Source of the DNA: Flavobacteriales bacterium
Lineage (GTDB): Bacteria > Bacteroidota > Bacteroidia > Palsa-965
Length of the DNA: 64,000 nucleotides
Assembly: GCA_040377305.1 (NCBI GenBank)
Contig: JBEIPA010000004.1
Span: 186,615-250,614 of the forward strand
Direction: 5' to 3'
Both the position numbers and the translations under genes were made by a program. Of this stretch, positions 41,390 to 51,597 are shown one piece after another. Within the stretch, counting starts at the first letter, position 1. Every line of letters starts with the position of its first letter. The notes below the pieces were generated by a model. The model did no database searches and was not told where the DNA came from. It saw only the letters and a list, made by a program, of their open reading frames with translations.

Positions 41390-42280
41390 ATGGAATTTGG
41401 CTTCACAACCTTACAAAAGTGCCCGATATGCGATTCTGAAAAGAAATCGCCGTTTCTAACATGCATCGACAATACCGTCAGCAAAATGCCCTTCGATTTG
41501 CAGGAATGCGGCTCATGCGGATTCGTTTACACTTCGCCGCGCCCACAGAATTCAGATCTAGGCAAGTTTTATGAGTCCGACGAATACATTTCTCACTCCA
41601 ATACCAAAAAGGGAATTGTGAGCCGTTTGTATCAGTCTGTGCGAAATCGCACGTTGCGTCAGAAGCTTGAATTGATCAACACGCGCCAGGCTAAAGGCGC
41701 TTTGCTCGACATCGGATGTGGAACCGGAGAGTTTGCAAACGTGATGAAGCAAAATGGTTGGAGTGTTCGCGGAATCGAACCAGGAGATAGCGCCCGCGAA
41801 ATGGCGAAGCAGAACTACGGGCTCGATGTTCAACCTGAAGAAGCGCTCGCAAACATTGCTCCGCACAGCATGGATGTAATTACCATGTGGCATGTTCTGG
41901 AACACGTGCCCGATTTGCACGGGCGCGTTCAGGAGCTGAAGTCAATCCTGAAACAAGACGGACTTCTGATCATTGCAGTTCCAAACAGAAATTCACATGA
42001 TGCAGCACATTACGGAAAACACTGGGCAGCTTATGATGTTCCGCGCCACCTATGGCATTTCCGACCACAAGACATCCGCGCATTGTTCACGCCGCACGGA
42101 TTCGAAGTGAAAGAAGTCCTTCCGATGAAATACGATAGCTACTACGTTTCTATGCTCAGCGAGAAATATTCAACCGGAGCAGTTCGATACTTCTCCGCAT
42201 TTCGTCGCGGTTGGGCTTCCAACAGCAAAGCCGGAAAAGAAGCATGGTCGAGTCAGATTTATGTGATTCGGAAGAAATAG
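41390..42280 (+). CDS. Class I SAM-dependent methyltransferase with N-terminal Zn ribbon
   Basis: CPIC...CGSCG, LLDIGCGTG and WHVLEHV motifs. Confidence 0.9.
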   Translation: MEFGFTTLQKCPICDSEKKSPFLTCIDNTVSKMPFDLQECGSCGFVYTSPRPQNSDLGKFYESDEYISHSNTKKGIVSRLYQSVRNRTLRQKLELINTRQAKGALLDIGCGTGEFANVMKQNGWSVRGIEPGDSAREMAKQNYGLDVQPEEALANIAPHSMDVITMWHVLEHVPDLHGRVQELKSILKQDGLLIIAVPNRNSHDAAHYGKHWAAYDVPRHLWHFRPQDIRALFTPHGFEVKEVLPMKYDSYYVSMLSEKYSTGAVRYFSAFRRGWASNSKAGKEAWSSQIYVIRKK

Positions 42281-42293
42281 AACCGACAATTGC

Positions 42294-42323
42294 CGCCATC
42301 CTTCGACTACGCTCAGTATGACA
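42294..42323 (+). repeat. REP-like element
   Basis: CGCCATCCTTCGACTACGCTCAGTATGACA; near-identical reverse copy at 52635-52657. Confidence 0.75.
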
Positions 42324-42444
42324 ACGGGATAATTCCACACCAGTTCATAAAATGGCCGCAGAATATTCGGGGCGACTGATGTTAGTTTCTTTCTTTGTCA
42401 TGGTAAACTAAGAAGAACATATAGTCGCCCCATTTCCTTTTCTC

Positions 42445-43614
42445 ATGAACAACAAGCACGAACTTTCCTACATACTCAACCATCTCGGTGAGGACCGCGA
42501 GAATTACTACAACGCCGTAAGCGCGCCTATCATTCTTTCTTCGAATTTTTGTTTCGAAAGCGTGAACGACATGCGCACGAAGCTGGAGAAGGAACTCGAA
42601 ACGCCATTTTATACGCGCGGTTATAATCCGACAGTTGCTATTCTGAGAAAAAAGATTGCAGCTCTCGAGGGAGCAGAGGACGCACTCGTCTTTGCCAGCG
42701 GATCTGCAGCCATTGCAGCAGCCGTAATGTCGGTAGTCAAAGGTGGTGACCATGTAGTTTGCGTGCAGAAACCTTATAGCTGGACGAACACATTGATCTC
42801 ATCGTACCTGGCGAAATATGGCGTAGAATATACATTCGTTTCTGGTACAGATGAAAAGGAAATATTCGCAGCTGTCAAGGGTAATACGAAACTTGTTTAC
42901 CTGGAAAGCCCAAATTCTTTGACTTTTGAAATCCAGAATATAACCGCGGTTACTAATTTTTGCCGCGAGAAGAAAATCACCACAATTATCGATAACAGCT
43001 ATTGCTCACCATTGAACCAGTCCCCACTGGAAATGGGTGTTGATATTGTGGTGCATTCGGCGACGAAATACATCAACGGTCATAGCGACGTAGTTTGCGG
43101 AGTGGTCGCAACAACCAAAGCGCGCATTGACAAAATGATGGCAGAAGAGTACATGACCATCGGTGCCATCATCAGTGCACACGATGCATGGCTCATGATA
43201 CGTGGTTTACGTACGCTCGAGTTGCGCGTGAATCGTTCGTCAGCATCTGGACAAGAGATTGCTGAGTGGCTGGAGCAACATCCGAAAGTGGAGAAAGTAC
43301 TTTACCCAACATTGAAGAGCAATCCGCAATACGATCTTGCAAAGAAACAAATGAAGCAGGGAGGAGGACTACTTTCCATCTGGCTCAAAGCAAAAGATGT
43401 TTCCGAGATGGAGAAGTTCTGCGATTCGCTTAAGGCGTTTTTGATTGCAACCAGCTGGGGCGGACACGAGTCTCTGATATTGCCAATTTGCGCACTGAAA
43501 ACCTCTGTAAGTTTGAGCAGTCAGTTGCCGTGGAATATGGTGAGACTTTACATTGGACTGGAAGATCCTGAGATGCTCAAAGCCGATCTTGAAAATGCAC
43601 TTTCCAAATTCTGA
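42445..43614 (+). CDS. PLP-dependent Cys/Met trans-sulfuration enzyme (cystathionine lyase/synthase family)
   Basis: YTRGYNPT, SGSAAI, IDNSY, HSATKYINGHSD and RLYIGLED motifs. Confidence 0.92.
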   Translation: MNNKHELSYILNHLGEDRENYYNAVSAPIILSSNFCFESVNDMRTKLEKELETPFYTRGYNPTVAILRKKIAALEGAEDALVFASGSAAIAAAVMSVVKGGDHVVCVQKPYSWTNTLISSYLAKYGVEYTFVSGTDEKEIFAAVKGNTKLVYLESPNSLTFEIQNITAVTNFCREKKITTIIDNSYCSPLNQSPLEMGVDIVVHSATKYINGHSDVVCGVVATTKARIDKMMAEEYMTIGAIISAHDAWLMIRGLRTLELRVNRSSASGQEIAEWLEQHPKVEKVLYPTLKSNPQYDLAKKQMKQGGGLLSIWLKAKDVSEMEKFCDSLKAFLIATSWGGHESLILPICALKTSVSLSSQLPWNMVRLYIGLEDPEMLKADLENALSKF

Positions 43615-43637
43615 TAAAAGAAATCTAGACGGTGATT

Positions 43638-44762
43638 TTATTCAAGGACGAACGATGTCTTAGCGAGTTTTTTGCCGTTCACCTGAATTTCAATTTCGTG
43701 TGTTCCTGGGTAAAGTTTCCGTGTTGTCATATTTTCGCGGAAGACATGACGCTTACTTACCTCGGTGGTACTATTATTCTCAATGGCTAAACTGGAGAGC
43801 TTAAATACTTTCTTACTATCGAGTAGTCCACGCTTGCTTTGAAAATAAATGGTGTAATCTACAATCAGCTTCGTTCCGGGTTTAGCAGATAGCAGAAACG
43901 TAAACTCGACTGCAGAATTCATTTTTACCTTTCGCGGAATGGAGAGCTTTGAAACTTTTACGAGGGCCGATGTGGAAACTCCCAGCAACGCCATTGCCTC
44001 GGGATTACCTTGTTTCACCAGAGTACGGGTTGCGTGTTTAACGATAAACAGCATTTCATCCTTCTCTTGTTTGTTCGCTTTCTTCCATTTGACGAGTGTT
44101 GCAATAGCTAGATCTGGCCGGACCTTAGAAATATCGTTCAGATGGTTTGCGACAGAGCGAGTAACATAACGGGTTTTGTCGGCATACAGCAGATCCAGCA
44201 AAGGAAGTGCAGCTTCCGCGGGGATATTAATTTTCTGAGACCATGGCAACTTGGGCCGCGACCCTTCACTACACAACCTGCGTACATGGTAGTTTGAGTC
44301 GCCGCACCACTTCCGGAGTTGACTCATGCTTTCTACCGGGAAGGCGTTGATAAAATATCGGATCGCATCCTCCGCGGAAAACCGCATGGTTATTTGGCGT
44401 AAAGCGCGCAGCGAAGCGGACAAGTCTTTTTTGGTGCAGCCATACTTTGCAACGAACTCGGAATACGGAGCATAAATTAAATCTCCGAAATCGTTATCCG
44501 TCAGGTTTGGATTGTTCGGTTTCGGTAGGGCTTGAATTAATATGGAAAGCGCGACGCGATAATCCTCCGGCAAGTATTTTCTCAGGCATTGAGCAATCCA
44601 GGAAATGCGCGCCTTGAGTTCTAGCACGTGAAATTGCCCAACAGTTTCACGCACAAAATCGTTTTTCCGGAATTCAGGATACGCTTCAAGAATTTCAGAA
44701 GCCATCCTGGTAACCTTCGTTTTGTTGAACAAGTGATCTTTTAAAGAGAACTTTTCTTCCAT
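43638..44762 (-). CDS. AlkC-like DNA alkylation repair glycosylase
   Basis: FSAEDAIR, HVRRLCSEGSRPKLPW, SVANHLNDISK and TTRKLYPG motifs; start moved to 44762. Confidence 0.88.
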   Translation of the reverse strand: MEEKFSLKDHLFNKTKVTRMASEILEAYPEFRKNDFVRETVGQFHVLELKARISWIAQCLRKYLPEDYRVALSILIQALPKPNNPNLTDNDFGDLIYAPYSEFVAKYGCTKKDLSASLRALRQITMRFSAEDAIRYFINAFPVESMSQLRKWCGDSNYHVRRLCSEGSRPKLPWSQKINIPAEAALPLLDLLYADKTRYVTRSVANHLNDISKVRPDLAIATLVKWKKANKQEKDEMLFIVKHATRTLVKQGNPEAMALLGVSTSALVKVSKLSIPRKVKMNSAVEFTFLLSAKPGTKLIVDYTIYFQSKRGLLDSKKVFKLSSLAIENNSTTEVSKRHVFRENMTTRKLYPGTHEIEIQVNGKKLAKTSFVLE

Positions 44763-44781
44763 GCCGAATAGATTCAAATTA

Positions 44782-45510
44782 TTATCCGTTTACCCAGAAT
44801 TTGAAACCGACGATCTTGCCGGTCCGGGGGTCCAGAATGAATTTGTGAACTATCCAACCGCGTTCAACTTCTTCCGCAATTTCCGCCTCAATATAGTCTC
44901 CAGTATAGCCATCAACTGTGATGTAGCGGTAACCAATCAGCAATCTGTCGTGCAGAGTTCCTCCTAATTGATGTGCAATATCTATCGCAGTGTCCAACAC
45001 AACCAATACGCTATCTGTGACCACAGTGTCAAACAACTGACGCGTCGATTTGAAGTCACCACTGGTTGACCTCTCATCAAGAATGCCCTTCAGGAAATTC
45101 TGAACCGAGTCGATTTCAGCCAGTTCCTCAACGGTAAGTGCATACTCTTTGCTTTTAGCTTCAATTCCCTCTTCTGATTCTTCTGTTTTCGTGATAACGC
45201 CTGAGACGCCATCGTATTGCTCCAGCATTGATTTGTCAATATTCTGATAGAACGCCAATGCCACAGCAACATTTATTCGCCACTCTTCCAATTGAGAAAA
45301 CGCACCACGCACATTTACCAATTGAACAGTGACAATATTTAACGTATCGCCATTTGCAATTCGTTGGAACGGATGGATGTGGCATGTATCAGCACCGAAC
45401 TGATCCTGAACAATTTTCTCCTGTTGCTCAAACGGATTGACTTTTGGCTGGCACGAATTGAAGATCGTAACACCAATAATTAGCGCAACTAACAGATTAA
45501 GATGATTCAT
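44782..45510 (-). CDS. Hypothetical lipoprotein
   Basis: MNHLNLLVALIIGVTIFNSC lipobox; start moved from 45633. Confidence 0.7.
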   Translation of the reverse strand: MNHLNLLVALIIGVTIFNSCQPKVNPFEQQEKIVQDQFGADTCHIHPFQRIANGDTLNIVTVQLVNVRGAFSQLEEWRINVAVALAFYQNIDKSMLEQYDGVSGVITKTEESEEGIEAKSKEYALTVEELAEIDSVQNFLKGILDERSTSGDFKSTRQLFDTVVTDSVLVVLDTAIDIAHQLGGTLHDRLLIGYRYITVDGYTGDYIEAEIAEEVERGWIVHKFILDPRTGKIVGFKFWVNG

Positions 45511-45577
45511 AAGCGTGCCTAAATTAGTTGCTTTTAGTGTAGCAACACGTGGCGCTCTGCGATGACTCACTTGCAAC

Positions 45578-45605
45578 AAAAAAGGTCTTGCTTTTCGCAA
45601 GACCT
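45578..45605 (-). terminator. Intrinsic terminator of the tRNA-Arg transcript
   Basis: AGGTCTTGC/GCAAGACCT stem plus U-tract. Confidence 0.8.
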
Positions 45606-45606
45606 C

Positions 45607-45623
45607 GTGGTCCCGGAGGGATT
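45607..45623 (-). repeat. 17-bp duplicate of the tRNA-Arg 3' end
   Basis: GTGGTCCCGGAGGGATT identical to 45768-45784. Confidence 0.9.
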
Positions 45624-45768
45624 GCATATCCATCCTTACCCGTGCAGTGGATCATAACGATTACGCTGCTACGCATCGCACCCGCCAAGCTTGGTCAAAA
45701 ACGAAAAGTGAAGGACTTTTCGTTTTGCCCTTCACTTCGCGTGCTTTTTAATCGTTATGATCATCAAG

Positions 45769-45842
45769 TGGTCCCGGAGGGATTCGAACCCCCAACCAAC
45801 AGTACCGGAAACTGTCATTCTATCCAGTTGAACTACGGAACC
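45769..45842 (-). tRNA. tRNA-Arg (CCG)
   Basis: Acceptor stem GGTTCCG/CGGGACC, anticodon arm ACAGT-TTCCGGT-ACTGT, GGTTCGAATCC T-arm. Confidence 0.96.
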
Positions 45843-45874
45843 AAATAGCTCAGCATTCTTCGCGCGATTGTGGA

Positions 45875-45915
45875 TGTCAATCTATCCATCCGCCGCGGCG
45901 GAGAACTACGGAGCC
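45875..45915 (-). pseudogene. Degenerate copy of the tRNA-Arg 5' part interrupted by a 14-bp palindrome
   Basis: TGTCAATCTATCCA-[TCCGCCGCGGCGGA]-GAACTACGGAGCC versus tRNA TGTCATTCTATCCA-GTT-GAACTACGGAACC. Confidence 0.7.
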
Positions 45916-46024
45916 GTAATTGCAGGCAAAGATACTGAAGCAAGGCAGAAAAGATGGTGAGTAACACAATAAACACCCGAATTTCGAGTTATTACACGGC
46001 ACACTTTCGTTAAATTTGTCCTAC

Positions 46025-48346
46025 ATGAAACTCCGGATACGCACAACCGGCCTGCTTCTAGGTTTGTTATTTTCGTTTGCACTTGGCGCAATGCCAATCG
46101 GTTCGTGGAGCATCCACTTGCCGTATTACGAATGCAAATCAATTACGCAGAGCACGTCATTCGTTTGGACTGCAACAGACAATAGTTTGTTCCGGCTCAG
46201 CAAAGGAGATTTCTCTATTGAGAAGATCACCAAAATAGAAGGTCTATCTGATCTCGCAATCGGAACGGTTGAATACAACGCCTACAACGACGTAGTAGTT
46301 GTAGGTTACCAGAATGGAAACCTCGACATCATCAAGGGCAACAAAGTTTACAACCTGCCTGACATAAAGCGCTCACAAATTGTAGCGAACAAGTCCATCA
46401 ACCGCGTTTTCTTCATCGGTGCGATAGCATATCTTTCAACAGGCTTTGGAATTGTTGTGGTAGATACGGATCGGAACGAAATCAAAGACACATATCTGAT
46501 TGGTCCCAATGGAAATTACATTGCGGTATACGACATCACCTCGGACGGGACAAACCTATATGCAGGTACAGCGACAAGTATTTACACGGCATCACTCAGC
46601 AATCCATTTCTTGCTAACTATCAGTCATGGACCCAGATGAGCGGTTTGCCGCAGGGTCTCTACAACTGCGTGGAAGTATACAACGGGCAAATCATTGCAA
46701 GCGCTACACGGTATCCCGCATTTTTCCAGCAAGACATTGTATGGTATGCTGATCTTTCGAATCCAATTTGGGACACGATCGTAGATAGCGTTACATGCAG
46801 GGAAATTCAAGTGCAGGGTAACAACCTGTGGATTCTTGATGCATTTGGAATTCTCAAATACGATGCGGACTTTTCATTGCAAACGGTTTACTACACTTTG
46901 GGAAATAGTGTATCCCTTTTCCCAACGGACTTCGTAGTGGAAGTAGATGGCTCACCGTGGTACTCTGATCTGTTTGTGGGCTGTGTTCACATGACTCAGC
47001 CGTACACCGGAATATCTTATCGTCCAAACGGGCCCGTAAGCATAAGTGCATCTGGAATGGATTTGGAGCAAGGTCGGCTTTGTGTTGTTCCCGGCGGCAG
47101 AGATGATGCTTGGAATAATATTTACAATCGCGCTGGAATTTCTTTCTACCAGAATAATTGGTGGGACGTGATGAAGAAAGAGCAGCATCCTGCACTTGAC
47201 ACCATTGACGATATCAACTTCTGTGAAATCGATCCGAATGATAATCAACACGTGTGGTTAGGCTCCTGGGGAAAAGGATTGGTTGAAGTCCGGAATAATA
47301 CCATTGTAAACACGTATGATCATTTCAACTCTATTCTCGAGAGAAAAGTAGAATATTCATGGTGCGGTATCGGTGGCATCAGATATGATGAAGAAGGAAA
47401 TCTGTGGATGGTGAATTCGCACACGATGAAGTGTCTGAAAGTCAAAAAAGCAGACAACACCTGGGCGGAATTCGATTTTCAGGGATTGCTCACAACCGGA
47501 ACAACAGTTGGTGATTTAATGATCACTGAGAATGGATACAAGTGGATGATCGTTCCGCGAACACTCGGTATGATTGTGTTCGACGACAATGGAACGATTG
47601 ACAACACCACCGACGATCGCAAGAAGAAGTTAGGCTTCACTACCGGCACAGGCGCAATTCCCGGAACCGATGTGCTATGCATGGCTGAAGACAAAGACAA
47701 TGAAGTTTGGATTGGAACAGATAAAGGCGTTGCGGTTTTCTATTGTGCAGATAATATTTTCGCTTCTGGTGGTTGCGATGCACAACAGATTCTGATTCAA
47801 CAGGGTGAATACACCCAGATTCTCATGGAGAGCCAGGTGGTAACTGCAATTGCGGTTGACGGCGCGAACAGAAAGTGGATCGGAACAGAAAGCGGTGGAG
47901 TGTTTCTGATGTCGGAAGATGGCACAAAAGAGATTCATCATTTCACGGCAGATAATAGTCCTTTGCTGAGCGACAACGTAACCGGCATTACAATCGATAA
48001 AGAGTCGGGAGAGGTTTTCTTCTCTACCGGTAAAGGAATTGTTTCCTACAAGAGTGATGCAGTGGAAGGTGATGATGTAAACGGAGATGTCTATGCATAT
48101 CCGAATCCAGTTCGTCCGGAATACAACGGTCCGATTGCTATTCGCGGAGTAGTGCGTGACGCGGATGTAAAGATCACTGACGTTGCCGGCAATCTGATTT
48201 TCCAGACAACAGCTCTTGGCGGACAAGCCATCTGGGACGGAAAAAATTTCCAGGGCGAACGCGCAGCTTCTGGCGTGTATATTGTTTTCATCACCAATGA
48301 AGACGGCACGCAGAAGAAAGTCACCAAAATCTTATTAATGAACTAG
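46025..48346 (+). CDS. porZ: PorZ-like T9SS beta-propeller protein
   Basis: W..HLPY N-terminus, propeller repeats (DGANRKWIGT), AYPNPVRPEYNG C-terminal domain; directly upstream of recO. Confidence 0.85.
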   Translation: MKLRIRTTGLLLGLLFSFALGAMPIGSWSIHLPYYECKSITQSTSFVWTATDNSLFRLSKGDFSIEKITKIEGLSDLAIGTVEYNAYNDVVVVGYQNGNLDIIKGNKVYNLPDIKRSQIVANKSINRVFFIGAIAYLSTGFGIVVVDTDRNEIKDTYLIGPNGNYIAVYDITSDGTNLYAGTATSIYTASLSNPFLANYQSWTQMSGLPQGLYNCVEVYNGQIIASATRYPAFFQQDIVWYADLSNPIWDTIVDSVTCREIQVQGNNLWILDAFGILKYDADFSLQTVYYTLGNSVSLFPTDFVVEVDGSPWYSDLFVGCVHMTQPYTGISYRPNGPVSISASGMDLEQGRLCVVPGGRDDAWNNIYNRAGISFYQNNWWDVMKKEQHPALDTIDDINFCEIDPNDNQHVWLGSWGKGLVEVRNNTIVNTYDHFNSILERKVEYSWCGIGGIRYDEEGNLWMVNSHTMKCLKVKKADNTWAEFDFQGLLTTGTTVGDLMITENGYKWMIVPRTLGMIVFDDNGTIDNTTDDRKKKLGFTTGTGAIPGTDVLCMAEDKDNEVWIGTDKGVAVFYCADNIFASGGCDAQQILIQQGEYTQILMESQVVTAIAVDGANRKWIGTESGGVFLMSEDGTKEIHHFTADNSPLLSDNVTGITIDKESGEVFFSTGKGIVSYKSDAVEGDDVNGDVYAYPNPVRPEYNGPIAIRGVVRDADVKITDVAGNLIFQTTALGGQAIWDGKNFQGERAASGVYIVFITNEDGTQKKVTKILLMN

Positions 48347-48560
48347 AGTTGGGTGGCTTGCAGCCGGCTTATCACGGCGACTCGGTGATACGGCGCAAGT
48401 GTTCCTCGTTCTAAGCCCAACCGGAGTTTCGGAGATTGGAACTTAACAATTATACGCCGCGACCGCCGGATGGGCATTGGCTGTTCAGTCCAAAGATTTT
48501 TCGCCGAAACGCCGAAACGCCGTGGTAAGCGTCGCAGACAACCACGATCTTCGTGCAAGA

Positions 48561-49286
48561 ATGTTATACAGCACCCGCGGCATAATTTTTCACACCGTTC
48601 CTTATTCCGATAGCCGCGTCATTGCGAAAATCTATACACAGGATTTCGGATTGCTGTCGTTCATCGTGACCGTATCGCGTTCGAAAAGCGGAAAAATAAA
48701 ATCGCCTTTACTGCAAGCGCTTACGCAAGTTGATTTGCGCATAGAGAAAAAAGAAAAAAGCCATTTGCATGCGGTGCGGGATATTACACTAGCGATTCCG
48801 TATTCGCATTTGCACAACGACATTGTAAAAACAACTATCGCTCTTTTCACCGCAGAGATTTTGTACAAATCTGTTCGCGAAGAAGAAAGGAACGATGCGT
48901 TGTATACCTACATTTCGAGTTCGCTGATGGCGCTCGATGTTGCACACGATGGAGTTGCGAATTTTCACCTCGTATTTATGATGCATTTGGCGCGATTCCT
49001 GGGATTTTATCCGCTGGAGAACGAATCGGGGCCCGACAGTGTTTTCGATTTAACCAACGGCACGTTTGTGGCCTCTACGCCGAATCATTTCAACTTTCTT
49101 GATGTGGAGGAATCGCGCTTGTTCGAAGAAATCTTTCACAGCGATTTCGAGCACATGCATGAACTTAAGTTGAATGGGGAGAAGAGAAGAATTGCTGTTA
49201 ATGCGATACTACGCTATTACGAAGCGCACATTGCAGGAATGCAGAAGGTGGTTTCCCACGAAATTCTGAGCAGTATTGTTCAATGA
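48561..49286 (+). CDS. recO: DNA repair protein RecO
   Basis: TRGIIFH..PYSD...KIYT..FG OB-fold start and LGFYP motif; start moved from 48477. Confidence 0.92.
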   Translation: MLYSTRGIIFHTVPYSDSRVIAKIYTQDFGLLSFIVTVSRSKSGKIKSPLLQALTQVDLRIEKKEKSHLHAVRDITLAIPYSHLHNDIVKTTIALFTAEILYKSVREEERNDALYTYISSSLMALDVAHDGVANFHLVFMMHLARFLGFYPLENESGPDSVFDLTNGTFVASTPNHFNFLDVEESRLFEEIFHSDFEHMHELKLNGEKRRIAVNAILRYYEAHIAGMQKVVSHEILSSIVQ

Positions 49287-49301
49287 TTCCGAATTTCGAA
49301 A

Positions 49302-50810
49302 TCACGGAATCTTCACAAACTCGTACGGCATATAATCCACAAAATCTGCAACGGAAATGGTAATCGAAACTACTTTTCCATTCTCGATTTTAAACGGAGC
49401 CGCTTTCACACCCCACAGCGGAGTGTTATAAGTACACAGGAATGTTGAATCGCCCATATAATCAAGCGTGCCGAAATATTTCGGATGGTGTTCGAACATG
49501 GCAGTGATTTTGCCTTTCTGTTCTACAACGAGCATTTTGCCGTAAACCGCATTTACATAAGTCCCTGCAAAGTCTTTCGCAGCAACAGGAAGTTTCGGCG
49601 CTGATTTCACTTTGGCCTGCCACATCGCAATCTGGGTGTCTTCTTGCGCGCGTACCTGCATCACCGCAACAACATTCTGCTTGCTATAGTTGGTGTACGG
49701 CAGCTTCAGATATGCATCGATGATCATGCGGCGCAAATCGTTGTAGAGATTGTTCTGATCCGTGTTCGTGAGTACGACAATGCCGAGATTCAATTCGGGA
49801 ACAAAACAAACGGTGGTGACGAATCCGCTCGTACCTCCGTTGTGCCAGAAAGGTTGTACACCGTTGTAATCCATCGTCTGCCAGCCGAGACAGTAACTCG
49901 CAAGGTGAGATCCTTTTGTGCGGGCAGGAAGCGGAATTGCAGGCTTGCGTGTTTCAACCAGTGCTGCGTAAGGAATCACTTGTTTGCCGTTGTGTTTACC
50001 GCTGTCGAGCTGACACATTACCCATTGTGCGAGATCTTTCACACACGAGTTGATCGATCCTGCAGGACCAAGATTATTGATGTTGTCGTAAGGAACAGTT
50101 ACTTCTTTGCCGAGAAACCAGGAGTGACCGGTTGCTTTGTTTTTGTCGGTGAGCAATTCTTCGTACGTGGTGCTTGAGCGTTTCATGTCGAGCGGAACGA
50201 AAAATTTATCGTGTACGAACTGATCCCAGGTTATTCCGCTCGCCGCAAGAATGACTTCTCCGGCAGCAGCGTAACCCATGTTGCAATAACCATACGCAGC
50301 GCGGAATCCGAAAACAGGTTTGTTCTTCGCCATTTGCCCAACGATTTCTGTGCGCGTGAAGTTCGATCCCCAGTTTGCAAAATCTCCCTGAAATGTTTGC
50401 AAGCCTATGCGGTGTGTGAGCAGATCGCGCACGGTGCAATTATTCGTTGTGTAAGTTTCGTACAGTTTGAATCCCGGGATGAATTTGATCACCGAATCTT
50501 CCAGTGACAATTTCTTTTCCACGTGGAGCATTGCAACTGCAGTGGATGTAAACGCTTTCGAACACGAAGCAATCTGAAACAAAGTTTCGTCATCCACTTT
50601 GTCGGTCTTGCCTTGTTCTTTCACACCATAACCTTGCGACACGACAACTTTGCCGTCTTTCACAATAGCAACCGCAGCGCCGGGAATTGACCATGCGGCC
50701 ATTTCGCGTTGCATGAAGATGGTGAGGGAGTCGGTGACGAAGGAAGGTTGTTGGGCGAATGCTGAAAGGGAACTCAGTACGCCTAAAAGGAAGAGCGGGA
50801 ATTTCTTCAT
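49302..50810 (-). CDS. Serine hydrolase (beta-lactamase/peptidase S12 family) with DUF3471-like C-terminus
   Basis: FQIASCSKAF (SxxK), YCN and HNGG motifs; signal peptide from 50810. Confidence 0.9.
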   Translation of the reverse strand: MKKFPLFLLGVLSSLSAFAQQPSFVTDSLTIFMQREMAAWSIPGAAVAIVKDGKVVVSQGYGVKEQGKTDKVDDETLFQIASCSKAFTSTAVAMLHVEKKLSLEDSVIKFIPGFKLYETYTTNNCTVRDLLTHRIGLQTFQGDFANWGSNFTRTEIVGQMAKNKPVFGFRAAYGYCNMGYAAAGEVILAASGITWDQFVHDKFFVPLDMKRSSTTYEELLTDKNKATGHSWFLGKEVTVPYDNINNLGPAGSINSCVKDLAQWVMCQLDSGKHNGKQVIPYAALVETRKPAIPLPARTKGSHLASYCLGWQTMDYNGVQPFWHNGGTSGFVTTVCFVPELNLGIVVLTNTDQNNLYNDLRRMIIDAYLKLPYTNYSKQNVVAVMQVRAQEDTQIAMWQAKVKSAPKLPVAAKDFAGTYVNAVYGKMLVVEQKGKITAMFEHHPKYFGTLDYMGDSTFLCTYNTPLWGVKAAPFKIENGKVVSITISVADFVDYMPYEFVKIP

Positions 50811-50892
50811 GGTTTTCATGTGGCAATTTACGAGACAGAACCAATGAGGATAAACACTCAATGGTCAACGCTCAATGAACAACGTTCAACGG

Positions 50893-51549
50893 TTAAATAT
50901 AGAGATCAATGAGTTCCCGCACACAACCCTCGCCACCCTTCTTCTGCAACACCACATTCACCATGTTCTTCACATCATCCACTGCATCAGCAGGACAAGC
51001 GGAGAAACCAACAGCGTTCATGATGTCTTCATCGTTGAGGTCATCGCCGATAAAGCAAACTTGTGCAGGAGTAATGTTCAATTCTTTGCACCAATGCGCG
51101 AGGGTTTCTTTCTTCGGAACCTGAGAAACTTCAACGTGAGAGATGTGTAAGCGTTCAGCGCGACGTTTGATCAGGTTGCTGTTGTACCCGTGAGAAATGA
51201 TTCCGGTACGAATGCCGCGTTGTTCTAATCTGCGAATGGCAAGACCATCCTTCGCGTTGAATTTTTTGAATTCGTCTCCGGCTTCGGTGTAGTACATTCC
51301 CGCGTCCGTCATCACACCATCGATATCGAAGATCACCATTTTGATGTCTTTGCTGCGCGCTTCTTCACGCGTTTCGAGATCAACTTTCAGAAGTAAATCT
51401 GTTGTGAGCGAAAAGCGATTAGCGATGGACGCAATTTCATCCGGCAGCGGATGTCCAAGATTAGTAACGCCAAGCTCAGTGCTCAACGATGCTTTTTCAA
51501 GTTCGTGCTTGCGAAGTAAGAAGGAAAGGTTTGCAGCGTATTGGCTCAT
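50893..51549 (-). CDS. kdsC: KdsC-family HAD phosphatase with a degenerate N-terminal XRE-HTH-like segment
   Basis: FDIDGVMTD, KDGLAI, GDDLND and GGEGCVRE motifs; ~60-aa N-terminal extension. Confidence 0.85.
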   Translation of the reverse strand: MSQYAANLSFLLRKHELEKASLSTELGVTNLGHPLPDEIASIANRFSLTTDLLLKVDLETREEARSKDIKMVIFDIDGVMTDAGMYYTEAGDEFKKFNAKDGLAIRRLEQRGIRTGIISHGYNSNLIKRRAERLHISHVEVSQVPKKETLAHWCKELNITPAQVCFIGDDLNDEDIMNAVGFSACPADAVDDVKNMVNVVLQKKGGEGCVRELIDLYI

Positions 51550-51564
51550 CGTGTGTGCGCGTAC

Positions 51565-51597
51565 AAACCTTAAAGGTTTTTAAAACCTTTAAGGTTT
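51565..51597. repeat. Perfect nested palindrome
   Basis: AAACCTTAAAGGTTTT-T-AAAACCTTTAAGGTTT. Confidence 0.85.

Noticed and set aside
26702-45915. Integrated prophage or ICE bounded by tRNA att sites
   Set aside because: Each duplication encloses under 200 bp, no integrase is present, and housekeeping genes lie between the two tRNAs
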